Made by a program: the position numbers and the translations under genes. This document shows, one piece after another, positions 46,089 through 55,545 of a stretch of 64,000 nucleotides of DNA. Origin of the DNA: an uncultured Rickettsiales bacterium (GTDB lineage Bacteria; Pseudomonadota; Alphaproteobacteria; Rickettsiales; SXRF01). The DNA is taken from NCBI GenBank assembly GCA_964575095.1, contig CAZNPA010000008.1, positions 11,559 to 75,558 on the forward strand. The letters run 5' to 3'. How positions within the stretch are numbered: position 1 is the first letter of the stretch; each line of letters begins with the position of its first letter. Below the pieces are notes generated by a model. That model did no database searches, was not told where the DNA came from, and worked only from the letters and a program-made list of their open reading frames with translations.

Positions 46089-46902
46089 AGCCGGGATCAT
46101 CGGCTGGCCGGTAGCGCACAGCCTGTCGCCCAGACTGCACCGCTATTGGCTGGATGCGTATAACATTCCCGGCGAATATGTAATGCTGCCGGCCGAGCCG
46201 AAAGATCTGGCAAAAACCATGGCGTCATTACCGACGCAGGGCTTTTGCGGTGCCAATATCACCGTGCCGCATAAAGAAACGGTGATGAAGCTGTTGGATG
46301 AGACGGATGAAACCGCGCGCGCCATCGGCGCCGTCAATACGGTCATTATCAAAGGCGGAACATTGCGAGGCACCAATACCGATGCGTATGGTTTTGTCGA
46401 AAGTTTGCGGCAGGGCGGCGGGCTTGGCGTCAGGGGCAAGGCGGTGGTGCTGGGCGCGGGCGGTGCTGCGAAGGCCGTATGCAAGGCGCTTAGCGACGAG
46501 AATTTCTCCGGCGTTATCGTTGTATGCCGGTCGCCGGAAAAGGGATTCGGGATTCGTGATTCAGGATTCGGTAAGAAGAAAAATATAGCAATTAAAGCAT
46601 GGGAAGAGCGCAATACCGTTCTTGCCGGCGCCGATTTGCTGGTAAACGCCACCAGTCTGGGCATGCAGGGCAAAGAGGCGTTGGATATAGATTTAGCATT
46701 ATTGCCGACATCGGCGACGGTGATGGATCTGGTCTATGCGCCGCTTATCACGCCGCTCCTGGTGCAGGCGCAAAAGCGCGGCCATAATGTCATCGACGGG
46801 TTGAATATGCTGATTCATCAGGCAGTGCCGGCGTTCGAGGCGTGGTTCGGAGTGCGGCCGCAGGCGGATAAAGAAACAAGGGAACATTTGCTCCATGGGT
46901 AA
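46078..46902 (+). CDS. aroE: Shikimate dehydrogenase, with a repeat-derived segment after the NADP-binding glycine loop
   Basis: GIIGWPVAHSLSPRLH, NITVPHKE, GAVNT, LGAGGAAKA and NATSLGM motifs over 274 aa. Confidence 0.9.
   Translation: MAPKAGIIGWPVAHSLSPRLHRYWLDAYNIPGEYVMLPAEPKDLAKTMASLPTQGFCGANITVPHKETVMKLLDETDETARAIGAVNTVIIKGGTLRGTNTDAYGFVESLRQGGGLGVRGKAVVLGAGGAAKAVCKALSDENFSGVIVVCRSPEKGFGIRDSGFGKKKNIAIKAWEERNTVLAGADLLVNATSLGMQGKEALDIDLALLPTSATVMDLVYAPLITPLLVQAQKRGHNVIDGLNMLIHQAVPAFEAWFGVRPQADKETREHLLHG
46542..46590. repeat. GGGATTN-heptamer element copy inside aroE
   Basis: GGGATTC GGGATTC GTGATTC AGGATTC GGTAAGAAGAAAAATATAGC. Four heptamers plus an A-rich tail like the other copies, translated as GFGIRDSGFGKKKNIA. 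Confidence 0.75.
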
Positions 46903-47497
46903 GCGCACATTGGTCATCGGCCTGACCGGCAGCATCGGCATGGGGAAAACCGTGCTGGCCAAGCAGCTGGAGTCTCTGGGCGCCAAGGTTTGCCATGCCG
47001 ACGATATCGTGCACCGGTTGCTCGCTAAAGGCGGTGCGGCAGTAGAGGAGGTGCGACAGCATTTCCCGTCGGCTGTCCAAGGCGATGCGGTTGATCGTGC
47101 GGCGTTGGGGAAAATCGTATTTAGCGACGGCGCGAAGCTAAAGATTTTGGAGCAAATAGTGCACCCCAAGGTGGCGGAGGAAGAAAATCGGTTTATTGCC
47201 GAACAAAAACAGGCGGGCGCAACGCTCATCGTGCTCGACATCCCGTTGTTATTTGAAACACAGGCGGAGAAACGCTGTGACGCGGTGATAGTTGCCAGCG
47301 CTCCGCATTTTATCCAGCGGGCGCGGGTGATGAAGCGTCCGGGTATGACGCAGGAAAAATTCGCACGTATCCTGAAAAACCAGATGCCTGACAGCGAAAA
47401 ACGCCGCCGCACGACTTTTGTCGTGCAAACGGGCCTGGGGCGGGCGTATAGTCTGCACCGGCTTAAAAAAATATTAACGGCGTGCTATGCAACGTGA
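46895..47497 (+). CDS. coaE: Dephospho-CoA kinase
   Basis: P-loop [11 protein letters not shown] and DIPLLFE; 200 aa. It overlaps the aroE end. Confidence 0.9.
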   Translation: MGKRTLVIGLTGSIGMGKTVLAKQLESLGAKVCHADDIVHRLLAKGGAAVEEVRQHFPSAVQGDAVDRAALGKIVFSDGAKLKILEQIVHPKVAEEENRFIAEQKQAGATLIVLDIPLLFETQAEKRCDAVIVASAPHFIQRARVMKRPGMTQEKFARILKNQMPDSEKRRRTTFVVQTGLGRAYSLHRLKKILTACYAT

Positions 47498-48167
47498 AAT
47501 CATCCTCGATACGGAAACGACCGGCGTCGACCCCGGCAGCGGCCACCGCATCGTTGAGATCGGCTGTCTGGAGATCATCGGCGGCGCCAGAAGCGGCGAG
47601 TTTTTTCATACTTACTTGAATCCCGAACGCGACATGCCGGTCGAAGCCGAGCGCGTACACGGTCTGACCGAAAAATTCCTGAGCGACAAGCCGCTCTTTG
47701 CCGAAAAAGTCGAAGAGTTCCTGGAGTTTATTGGCGAAGCGGCGCTCGTCATTCACAATGCCGCGTTCGATCTGAAATTCATCAACGCCGAGCTGGTGCG
47801 GCTGGGGTTCCCTCCCGTCCCGTTTTCGCGCGCAGTGGACACTCTTATGATTGCCCGCAAGAAATTCCCCGGGTCGCCGGCAAGCCTGGACGCGCTGTGC
47901 AAGCGGTTCAACATTGATGCCACAGCACGCACGAAGCACGGCGCGCTGCTTGATGCGGAGCTTTTGGCCGAGGTCTATGTCGAGCTTTCGGGTGGCAGGC
48001 AAGTCGCTTTATCGCTTGGCCCAAATCGCGTTGCGGAAGTCGTGCAAGGTGCGGCGATGGAGAAAGCCGCGCTCGCTGCGCGCGAATTCCCCATTCCCCC
48101 GGGAGAGCTCGAAGCGCACGCGCGCATGTTGGCCAAACTTAAAAACCCGCTGTGGGAAGAGCAATAA
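47487..48167 (+). CDS. dnaQ: DNA polymerase III epsilon subunit (3'-5' proofreading exonuclease)
   Basis: Exo motifs [16 protein letters not shown] and [14 protein letters not shown]; 226 aa. Confidence 0.93.
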   Translation: MQREIILDTETTGVDPGSGHRIVEIGCLEIIGGARSGEFFHTYLNPERDMPVEAERVHGLTEKFLSDKPLFAEKVEEFLEFIGEAALVIHNAAFDLKFINAELVRLGFPPVPFSRAVDTLMIARKKFPGSPASLDALCKRFNIDATARTKHGALLDAELLAEVYVELSGGRQVALSLGPNRVAEVVQGAAMEKAALAAREFPIPPGELEAHARMLAKLKNPLWEEQ

Positions 48168-48196
48168 AAAAGGGCTCCCGAAGGAGCCCTTTTCGT
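48166..48196. terminator. Bidirectional rho-independent terminator
   Basis: AGGGCTCC-CGAA-GGAGCCCT (48171-48190), preceded by an A-run and followed by a T-run. It lies between the convergent dnaQ and an OmpA-family gene. Confidence 0.8.
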
Positions 48197-48213
48197 TTAG
48201 TATCGAATCTAGC

Positions 48214-48792
48214 TTATTTTACGAAGTTAAGCTCGATTTCAACGCGGCGATCAGCGGCCATGCACTTAATTTTTTCAGCACGGCTTGTGTCCGTATCGCA
48301 GCTGGTGACGGAGTTTTCGTCGCCCATGCCGTCAACGCGGACTTTATTGGTTTTCAAGCCCTTGCCGGCGAGGAAGGACTTCACCGTTCCCGCACGTTTC
48401 ATCGAAAGCGCCTTGTTGTAGCCGGCCTTACCGATCTTATCGGCATGACCGACGATGGTAACGCTCGCCACATCTTTGGAGGAGGCGATGATTTTAGCAA
48501 CGCTGTCCAGCTTCTTTTTCTCGGCGGCGTTTAAGGTCGATTTATTGAAATCGAAATAAACGGTGCGCTGTTCGCGGGTCAGCATGCGGGCGTTGCCGTA
48601 TGCCTTGCAGTCGCTGGTGGCCGCGGTCCACTTGGTGATAACGCAGTTGCCGTTGGTGCTGGTGACGGAGTTGCCGTTCGTATCGCGAACGCTGGTGTGT
48701 ATGGAACCGTGTTCGACAGCGAAGGCGCCGACGGGGAGGAGCATTGCGGCGGCGAGAGTCGCCAGCAAGCGGATTTTTTTAGATTGGGTCAT
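48214..48792 (-). CDS. OmpA-family periplasmic/outer-membrane protein
   Basis: Signal peptide (LLPVGAFA) and an OmpA C-terminal domain (VYFDFNKSTL...GHADKIGKAGYNKALSMKRA...RRVEIEL). Confidence 0.8.
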   Translation of the reverse strand: MTQSKKIRLLATLAAAMLLPVGAFAVEHGSIHTSVRDTNGNSVTSTNGNCVITKWTAATSDCKAYGNARMLTREQRTVYFDFNKSTLNAAEKKKLDSVAKIIASSKDVASVTIVGHADKIGKAGYNKALSMKRAGTVKSFLAGKGLKTNKVRVDGMGDENSVTSCDTDTSRAEKIKCMAADRRVEIELNFVK

Positions 48793-49038
48793 GACTTCAG
48801 TCCTTTTTAATTAGTTAAAACAGTGAGTAGGGTCGCCATTTATGCGCGGAAAGTAGTGCAACCCCACCCCAAAGGCAATGTATATTTTGTTTGCTGCAGC
48901 GATACCTTAGCCACCGCATAGTACTGTAAATTAAAAATATTATTTATCTTTATCCCCTGTTTCCAATAAGGCGCTGGCGGTAGAAATCTATGCAACTGAT
49001 GCCGGATTGCCACAGGCATGTAGCTGTTAAACATCAAT

Positions 49039-49482
49039 CTAAGGCGTTACCGCGGCTTTATTTTTTAAATAGAGGGCGTGAAAATCAATCGGGTCGAGCA
49101 TAAGCGGCGGGAAACCGCCGTCGCGCGTGACATCGGCGATGACACGGCGGGCGAAGGGGAACAGCACGAACGGGCAGTCGACAAGGATAATCGGCTCAAT
49201 GCGGTCGTCGGCGACGTTGCTGATTTGGAAAATGCCGGCATAGGAAAGCTCGACCAAAAACAGCGTGTTGCCTTCGGAAGCGGCGCGGGCGGAGATGCGC
49301 AACGTCATCTCATAGACCGAATCCTGCAGCTTCTGCGCCTTGATGTCGACGTTGACTTCAATGGCGGGCTTGGCGCCTTCCATCATCAGGCTGCCGGGCG
49401 CGTGCGGATTTTCAAACGACAGGTCTTTTACATACTGTCCTTTGACGACGAAACTGGAAGTGCCGGCGGCGGGTTGGTTCAT
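49039..49482 (-). CDS. secB: Protein-export chaperone SecB
   Basis: YVKDLSFENPHAP and CPFVLFPFARRVIADVTRDGGFPPLML are typical SecB sequences; 147 aa. Confidence 0.9.
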   Translation of the reverse strand: MNQPAAGTSSFVVKGQYVKDLSFENPHAPGSLMMEGAKPAIEVNVDIKAQKLQDSVYEMTLRISARAASEGNTLFLVELSYAGIFQISNVADDRIEPIILVDCPFVLFPFARRVIADVTRDGGFPPLMLDPIDFHALYLKNKAAVTP

Positions 49483-49561
49483 TATTCTATTCCTTCACCG
49501 AGAAATTTTATTTATGCTGGATATATAGCAAAAAACCAAACGGTCACTAACTATTTATTCT

Positions 49562-50230
49562 ATGTCCGAAGGAATTCCCTACGCTGATATCGTGATACTG
49601 GCGCTGATTGCCGGATTTGTCCTGCTGCGTCTGCGCAGCACGCTGGGCAGGAAACCCGACGGCGAGGACGATTTCCTGCGCCGTCTGCAGCCGATGGCTG
49701 ATACCGGCGGCATCGTGCAGATTGACCGGGTGCCCAAATCAAAGCCGAAAGAAGAGGCCGATAGCTATTTGGCCGCGCTCAAGGACGGCGAGACAAAATC
49801 GGCCTTGCAATCAATCAAGGCCAAAGACCCGCAATTCTCGGCGACGCAATTCCTGACCGGCGCCAAATTCGCATTCGAGATGGTGCATGACGGCTTTGCT
49901 AAAGGCGACAAGTCGCCGCTCAAGATGCTTCTATCGGAGGCGATATTTAAAGCATTTTCCGACGAGATCGACACCCGCGCCGATCAGGAAACCCGTACGG
50001 AAACAACGCTGGTTTCAGTTGCGCCCAGAGACATCGCCAAGGCTTCGCTCACGGGGAACACGGCGCGGCTGACGGTGACGTTCATCAGTGAACAGATCAG
50101 CATCGTGCGTAATAAGAAAAGCGAGATCGTCGAAGGCAATCCGTCCGAAACCCATCAGGTTGAAGACGAATGGAGTTTCGAGCGCGACGTCACTTCCAAG
50201 AACCCCAACTGGAAAATCGTCGAAATTTAA
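49562..50230 (+). CDS. Tim44-like domain protein
   Basis: N-terminal TM segment and a C-terminal Tim44-like domain (FLTGAKFAFEMV...WSFERD...NPNWKIV). It is divergent from secB, as in many alphaproteobacteria. Confidence 0.8.
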   Translation: MSEGIPYADIVILALIAGFVLLRLRSTLGRKPDGEDDFLRRLQPMADTGGIVQIDRVPKSKPKEEADSYLAALKDGETKSALQSIKAKDPQFSATQFLTGAKFAFEMVHDGFAKGDKSPLKMLLSEAIFKAFSDEIDTRADQETRTETTLVSVAPRDIAKASLTGNTARLTVTFISEQISIVRNKKSEIVEGNPSETHQVEDEWSFERDVTSKNPNWKIVEI

Positions 50231-51330
50231 TGACACGCGCCCGGCTTAGTCTGCTGCTGTTATTCTGGTGCAGCGCCTGCGCCTTCTTCCAGCCCAAGGA
50301 TCATTTCGGCACGCGGCCGGTGTCGTTTGCCGCGCTTTCCGGCTGGCAGGAGGACAATCATCTCATGGCGCTGAAGTCGTTCCTGGCGTCGTGTCCGGCG
50401 CTTTCGGCCAAGGCCCGGCCTGCGACCGAAAGTAGCGGCGTCCGCATACCGGAGGCGGTGTGGCAATCACTCTGTGCCGACGCGCGGCAATCAGAAGCCA
50501 GCCCCGTGCTTGCCCGCCAGTTCTTCGAGCGCCGGTTTGTGCCCTACCGTGTCACCAACAACGGCCGCGACGAAGGATTATTCACCGGTTATTACGAACC
50601 GGTGCTCTATGGCGCTTATCGGCAATATGGCGATTTCCAGTACCCGGTCTATATGGCGCCGCCGGAGCTGAAGGACAGCCGTTCCTATTACACACAAGCC
50701 GAGATCAACCGCGGCGCGCTCGAAGGCCGCAAGCTCGAAATGGTCTGGGTCGACGATCCGGTGATGCTGTTTTTCCTGCAGGTGCAGGGAAGCGGCCGGA
50801 TAAAGCTCACCACCGGCCAACAGCTCTATATCGGCTATGCCGGAAAAAATAACCAACCCTATATCAGTCTGGGCAAGGTCATGGGCGATGAGGGATTGCT
50901 GCCCAAGGACCAGATCAATTTCTTCACCATCCGCCAGTGGCTCTACCAGCATCACGATCAGGCGTTTCGCCTGATGGAAAAGAATCCGTCCTATGTCTTT
51001 TTTAAAACCCGCAAGGAGCCGGGAGCGGTGGGCGCCATCGGCGCCGTCCTGACGCCGATGCGGTCGCTGGCGGTGGATAACAGTTATATCCCCTATGGCT
51101 TGCCGCTTTTTCTTGAGACTGAATTGCCGCCGGAGCCGCAATTTGCGCCGGAACCCTTCCGCCGCCTGCTGATCGCGCAGGATACGGGCGGCGCCATTAA
51201 AGGGCCGGTGCGGGGCGATATTTTCTTCGGGCACGGCGACGAAGCCGAATTTTTTGCCGGGTACATGGCAAAAAAAGGCGTCTATAGTATATTGGTGCCG
51301 CGTGAGATAACATCGCAACTGGCGCAATGA
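50230..51330 (+). CDS. mltA: Murein transglycosylase A
   Basis: Lipoprotein-type N-terminus (LLLFWCSAC) and MltA/3D-domain blocks (FTGYYEP, GSGRIKL, AVDNSYIPYGLPLFL, AQDTGGAIKG). The start at 50230 forms a TAATG overlap with the Tim44-like gene. Confidence 0.88.
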   Translation: MTRARLSLLLLFWCSACAFFQPKDHFGTRPVSFAALSGWQEDNHLMALKSFLASCPALSAKARPATESSGVRIPEAVWQSLCADARQSEASPVLARQFFERRFVPYRVTNNGRDEGLFTGYYEPVLYGAYRQYGDFQYPVYMAPPELKDSRSYYTQAEINRGALEGRKLEMVWVDDPVMLFFLQVQGSGRIKLTTGQQLYIGYAGKNNQPYISLGKVMGDEGLLPKDQINFFTIRQWLYQHHDQAFRLMEKNPSYVFFKTRKEPGAVGAIGAVLTPMRSLAVDNSYIPYGLPLFLETELPPEPQFAPEPFRRLLIAQDTGGAIKGPVRGDIFFGHGDEAEFFAGYMAKKGVYSILVPREITSQLAQ

Positions 51331-51331
51331 T

Positions 51332-52021
51332 ATGGCCGAAGACAAACCGCATATTCTGATTGTCGACGACGACGACCGCCTGCGGGCGCTGCTCAAGCGT
51401 TTTTTGAGCGGCGAGCAGTATATGGTTACCGCCGCCGCCGATGCGGCCGAAGCGCGGCGGCTGATCAAATGGTTCACGTTTGACGTCATGGTGCTCGATA
51501 TCATGATGCCGGGCGAAGACGGCCTCTCGCTGCTAAAATCGATTGCGCGCGAGCGGCGATTGCCGGTCCTAATGCTGTCGGCGATGGGCGACGCCAAAGA
51601 CCGCATCAAGGGGCTTGAGATCGGCGCCGAGGATTACCTGCCCAAGCCGTTCGAGCCGGCGGAATTATTGCTGCGCATCAAGACCATTTTGCGCCGCCAG
51701 CCGCCGCCGCACAATACGGCGACGGCCATCGCTTTCGGCGATTGCCGGTTCGAGCCGGCCGCCAGCCGTTTGATATGCAAGGGCGAGGATATTTCCCTGA
51801 CATCGAGCGAGGCGGCGCTGCTTATGCTGCTCGCGCAATCGCCCGGGTCGCCGATGTCGCGTGGGGCGCTGGCAGCCGCCATGCCCGGCAGCGGCAGCGA
51901 GCGCAGCGTTGACGTGCAGGTTACGCGCCTCAGGAAAAAAATCGGCGAGCCGGAGGGAAAGCCCCTCCATCTAAAAACCGTGCGCGGCGCCGGATATGTG
52001 CTGTATGGTAAGCCCGCATGA
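51332..52021 (+). CDS. OmpR-family response regulator
   Basis: Receiver domain (ILIVDDD...DVMVLDIMMPGEDG...KPF) and a winged-helix output domain (VDVQVTRLRKKI...TVRGAGY). Confidence 0.9.
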   Translation: MAEDKPHILIVDDDDRLRALLKRFLSGEQYMVTAAADAAEARRLIKWFTFDVMVLDIMMPGEDGLSLLKSIARERRLPVLMLSAMGDAKDRIKGLEIGAEDYLPKPFEPAELLLRIKTILRRQPPPHNTATAIAFGDCRFEPAASRLICKGEDISLTSSEAALLMLLAQSPGSPMSRGALAAAMPGSGSERSVDVQVTRLRKKIGEPEGKPLHLKTVRGAGYVLYGKPA

Positions 52022-53328
52022 TCGGAAAACAATTATTGCCCAAAACCCTGTTCGGACGTTCGCTCCTGATATTGCTGCTGCCGACGGTGCTCATTCAGGT
52101 GGTGATGACCTATGTCTTTTTCGATCGCCACTGGGATAACGTCACCCGCCACATGTCGCGCGCGCTGGCCGGCGAAACGGCGTTTCTGACTCGGCAACTT
52201 GAAAACAAATCTTCGGCGCAAGTGCCGCCGGCGGTGACGGCGTTTGACAAAATCACCGACATCGATATTTTTTTCGACCCGGCGGCTTCTTTTGATCCGG
52301 CGGCGGGCAGCAGCGAATTCCCCGAATTTCAGGAGCAGCTGCGTTCGCTGATAAAACAGCCGTTCACTATCCACAAAACCAACAGCGGCAGCACTATACA
52401 GGTGCGCGTGCTGTTAGCCAAAGAAGTGCTGCGCGTCGAAGCGCCGGTCAAGCGGCTGGAAAGCCCGACGACGGGGATACTCGTCGGCTGGATGCTGGGC
52501 ACGACGATCATATTCCTGCTGATCGCCGTTGTTTTTCTACGCAACCAGATCCGCCCGATACGAAGACTGGCCAAGGCGGCGGATAGTTTCGGCCGCGGCA
52601 TTGACGATGTGGATTTCCGGCCGTCGGGCGCGTCGGAAGTGCGCGTGGCGGCGCGCGCCTTCATCACCATGCGCGAGCGCATCAAGCGCCAGCTTAAGAC
52701 GCGCACGGAAATGCTGGCCGGCATTTCGCACGATTTACGCACGCCGCTGACGCGCATGAAATTGCAGTTGGCGATGCTGAAAAACGAAGAAGCGGCGCAC
52801 GGACTGGCCGAAGACGTCGAGCAGATGGAAAATATGATCGAGGAATACCTCGATTTCGCCCGCGGCGATAATCGCGAAGACGCAAGCCTGGTTAGTCTCA
52901 AAGCGCTTCTGAATAACGTCATCGAGGATTATCATCGCCAGCGCGCCGACGTGACGCTGGTGATGGAAGGCGATGTCATGGCCGAGCTGCGCATCCTCAG
53001 TTTCCGCCGCATGCTGCATAATCTGATCGACAACGCCATTCGTTACGGCAAGCGTTGTCGGGTCACATGCAGGTCCACGCCCAGCAGTTTCGATTTGCTT
53101 GTCGACGACGAGGGCACGGGCATTCCCGCCGATAAGCACGAGGAAGTGTTTCAGGCGTTCCGGCGGCTCGAGCAATCGCGCAACATCAAAACCGGCGGTG
53201 TCGGCTTGGGGCTCACCATCGCCCGCGACATCGTCATGGTGCATGGCGGCACGATCACGCTGGCCGATTCGCCCGCCGGCGGTCTGCGTGTGATCGTACA
53301 TCTGCCGCTGCATAAGGACCACGCATGA
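52018..53328 (+). CDS. EnvZ-like sensor histidine kinase
   Basis: Two TM segments, a HAMP region, an H-box (GISHDLRTPLTR), and N, G1 and G2 boxes (NLIDNAIRYG, DDEGTGIP, GGVGLGLTI). ATGA overlap with the regulator gene. Confidence 0.88.
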   Translation: MIGKQLLPKTLFGRSLLILLLPTVLIQVVMTYVFFDRHWDNVTRHMSRALAGETAFLTRQLENKSSAQVPPAVTAFDKITDIDIFFDPAASFDPAAGSSEFPEFQEQLRSLIKQPFTIHKTNSGSTIQVRVLLAKEVLRVEAPVKRLESPTTGILVGWMLGTTIIFLLIAVVFLRNQIRPIRRLAKAADSFGRGIDDVDFRPSGASEVRVAARAFITMRERIKRQLKTRTEMLAGISHDLRTPLTRMKLQLAMLKNEEAAHGLAEDVEQMENMIEEYLDFARGDNREDASLVSLKALLNNVIEDYHRQRADVTLVMEGDVMAELRILSFRRMLHNLIDNAIRYGKRCRVTCRSTPSSFDLLVDDEGTGIPADKHEEVFQAFRRLEQSRNIKTGGVGLGLTIARDIVMVHGGTITLADSPAGGLRVIVHLPLHKDHA

Positions 53329-53546
53329 TGCAATTCATACTATTTCGTTTCTGGCCGGCGCTGTTGCCTTTATTGATTTACTGGCTGTGGCATCGGCTGG
53401 CGGTGCGCCGCGCCGTAAAAACCGGGCAGCCGGTGCCAAAATTCCGCGACGGCCCGATCTACTGGGCGGTGCTTTCGGGCCTGCTGATCGCCATCATTTG
53501 CTTTCTTTGGCTGGGGGCGCATTTAGAGCCGGGGCACGTCGAATGA
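53325..53546 (+). CDS. Small two-TM membrane protein
   Basis: 73-aa ORF with ATGA overlaps to both the kinase stop and the cca start, and two hydrophobic helices. No family recognised by eye. Confidence 0.5.
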   Translation: MMQFILFRFWPALLPLLIYWLWHRLAVRRAVKTGQPVPKFRDGPIYWAVLSGLLIAIICFLWLGAHLEPGHVE

Positions 53547-54745
53547 CACCGGCATGGCTCGACTGGCCGGAAACCAGAACGCTGATAAAGGCGTTTGCGT
53601 CTAAGCCGGAGTCGCTCAGGTTTGTCGGCGGCGCCGTGCGCGATGCGTTACTCAAAATTCCGGTCGAGGACATCGACGCCGCGACGACGCTGGAACCGCA
53701 GGCGGTAATGGCATTGCTGACGGCAGAGCGCATCAAGGTCATTCCGACCGGCATCGACCACGGGACGGTGACGGCGGTCATTGATCAAAAATCCTTTGAG
53801 ATTACGACGCTGAGGAAAGACGTCGAGACCTTCGGCCGACACGCCACCATCAAATATACCGGCGACTGGCAGCAGGATGCGCTGCGGCGCGATTTCACCA
53901 TCAACGCGCTTTATCTTTCGCCCGAAGGCGCGCTGTTCGATTATTTCGGCGGCGAGGCGGATTTGAAAGCCGGGCGTGTGCGGTTCATCGGCAAGGCCGA
54001 AGAGCGCATTCGCGAGGATTACTTACGCATCCTGCGCTTCTTCCGTTTTTACGGCCGCTTCGGCACGGGCGCGCCCGATGCGGCGGCGCTGGCGGCCTGT
54101 AATGATGCCGCTCCCCACATCGCCGGGCTTTCCGGCGAGCGCATCCAGACGGAGATGATGAAACTGCTGGCGGCGCAAAAACCGTCGGTGGCGCTGTCGC
54201 CGATGCAAGGCGGCATCGCGCGGCAGGTGTTCGGCCTTGATATTTCGCTCGATGTCGTCGAAGCGCTTGAGCGCATTGAGGAAGAACAGGCCATTGCGCC
54301 GCAGGCAATGACGCGGCTGGCGGCACTACTTCTGCCTTCGCCCAAGATGGCTACCGTGTTGGTGCAGGCGTGGAAGCTCTCCAATGCCGACGGCAGACGG
54401 CTGCAGAAATTATTGGCGCATATCAGGGAAATGGATTCAAAATTACCGCTCCCGGCACAGAAAAAGTTATTGCGCGAGACCGGCGCGGGGTTGTTCCGGC
54501 AATTGGTGACACTGCGTTGGGCAATGGACGGTGCCGCTGCCGAAAAAGCATATCTTCCTATGCTGGAATTGGCGGATAGCTGGGAACTGCCGACATTCCC
54601 GCTTTCGGGCGAGGATTTGAAAGCTATCGGCATGATCGAAGGAAAATCGCTGGGCGAGGTACTGAAGCGTCTGGAAGAGCTGTGGGAAGCGAGCGACTAT
54701 CAGCTTACGCGCGAGCAGCTGCTCATCAAAGCTAAAATGAACTAG
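53543..54745 (+). CDS. cca: CCA-adding tRNA nucleotidyltransferase / poly(A) polymerase family protein
   Basis: FVGGAVRDALL..P..DIDAAT head motif, RRDFTINAL and EDYLRILRFFRF. I reassigned the start from 53387 to 53543. Confidence 0.88.
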   Translation: MTPAWLDWPETRTLIKAFASKPESLRFVGGAVRDALLKIPVEDIDAATTLEPQAVMALLTAERIKVIPTGIDHGTVTAVIDQKSFEITTLRKDVETFGRHATIKYTGDWQQDALRRDFTINALYLSPEGALFDYFGGEADLKAGRVRFIGKAEERIREDYLRILRFFRFYGRFGTGAPDAAALAACNDAAPHIAGLSGERIQTEMMKLLAAQKPSVALSPMQGGIARQVFGLDISLDVVEALERIEEEQAIAPQAMTRLAALLLPSPKMATVLVQAWKLSNADGRRLQKLLAHIREMDSKLPLPAQKKLLRETGAGLFRQLVTLRWAMDGAAAEKAYLPMLELADSWELPTFPLSGEDLKAIGMIEGKSLGEVLKRLEELWEASDYQLTREQLLIKAKMN

Positions 54746-55479
54746 GACGCCGAGGCGTCGGGTTCCGGGTCGGCGAATTTTTCGCCGGTCAGGTTTTCCT
54801 CGAGCGCATAACCGGCCGAGCGTACGGTGCGGATCATGTCCAGCTGCTTGCCGTCGTAATCAAGCCCCTTGCGCAGGCGGCGCACATGCACGTCGACTGT
54901 GCGCAGCTCGACGTAAATGTCGTGTCCCCATACCGCATCGAGCAATTGTTCGCGCGAAAAGACGCGGCCGGGATGTTCGAGCAGATAACGCAGCAGCGAA
55001 AATTCGGTGGGCGAAAGATGCACTTCGGCGCCGTCGCGCGTGACCTTGTGGCCGGCGACGTCCATTTTAATGCCGCCGAACGACAGTATTTTTTCTGAGA
55101 GCGCCGGACGCAGGCGGCGGAACACGGCGCGGATGCGTGCGATCAGTTCGGCCGGGGAAAACGGTTTTACGACATAATCATCGGCGCCGGCGTCCAGACC
55201 GCGGATGCGGTCGCCCTCTTCGCCGCGGGCGGAGAGCATGATGATGGGGATAGTTTTGGTGTCGGGGCTCCAGCGCAATTGCTTGCAGATCTCGACGCCG
55301 GACATGGAAGGCAGCATCCAGTCCAAGACGATGATGTCGGGCTTGTAATCTTTCACCATGCCGACGGCTTCCTCGCCGTCGCCGGTCGAATAGACGCGGA
55401 ACCCTTCGCGCTCGAGATTGTAGCGCAGGAGGGTTACGATAGCGGCTTCGTCTTCGACAATCAGTACGGAAGTTTCCAA
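54742..55479 (-). CDS. phoB: PhoB-like OmpR-family response regulator
   Basis: VLIVEDEAAI...IVLDWMLPSMSGVEIC...LSARGEE.DRIRGLDAGADDYVVKPFSP and a winged-helix output (VDVHVRRLRK...IRTVRSAGY). It most resembles PhoB, but there are no pst/phoU/phoR neighbours, so the symbol is tentative. Confidence 0.75.
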   Translation of the reverse strand: METSVLIVEDEAAIVTLLRYNLEREGFRVYSTGDGEEAVGMVKDYKPDIIVLDWMLPSMSGVEICKQLRWSPDTKTIPIIMLSARGEEGDRIRGLDAGADDYVVKPFSPAELIARIRAVFRRLRPALSEKILSFGGIKMDVAGHKVTRDGAEVHLSPTEFSLLRYLLEHPGRVFSREQLLDAVWGHDIYVELRTVDVHVRRLRKGLDYDGKQLDMIRTVRSAGYALEENLTGEKFADPEPDASAS

Positions 55480-55545
55480 GGCATCGTCCTTAAGTTACTC
55501 AGCGGCTCACTTTAAAACACTTTAGGGGCAATTGTAAAGCTAGTG

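Noticed and set aside
45249-46100. 283-aa ORF on the minus strand, opposite the DUF299/PDRP gene
   Set aside because: The plus-strand product has the conserved PDRP N-terminus and P-loop. The antisense ORF is Arg-rich and has no motifs.
48840-49037. 65-aa ORF in the secB/OmpA-family intergenic region, and 2036..2293 (minus strand) in the trmL/petA gap
   Set aside because: Both lie in AT-rich non-coding-looking sequence, have no ribosome-binding site and have odd composition. These regions are more likely promoter regions.
50578-51609. 343-aa ORF on the minus strand, opposite mltA and the response-regulator gene
   Set aside because: It spans two well-supported plus-strand genes, which makes it an antisense artefact.
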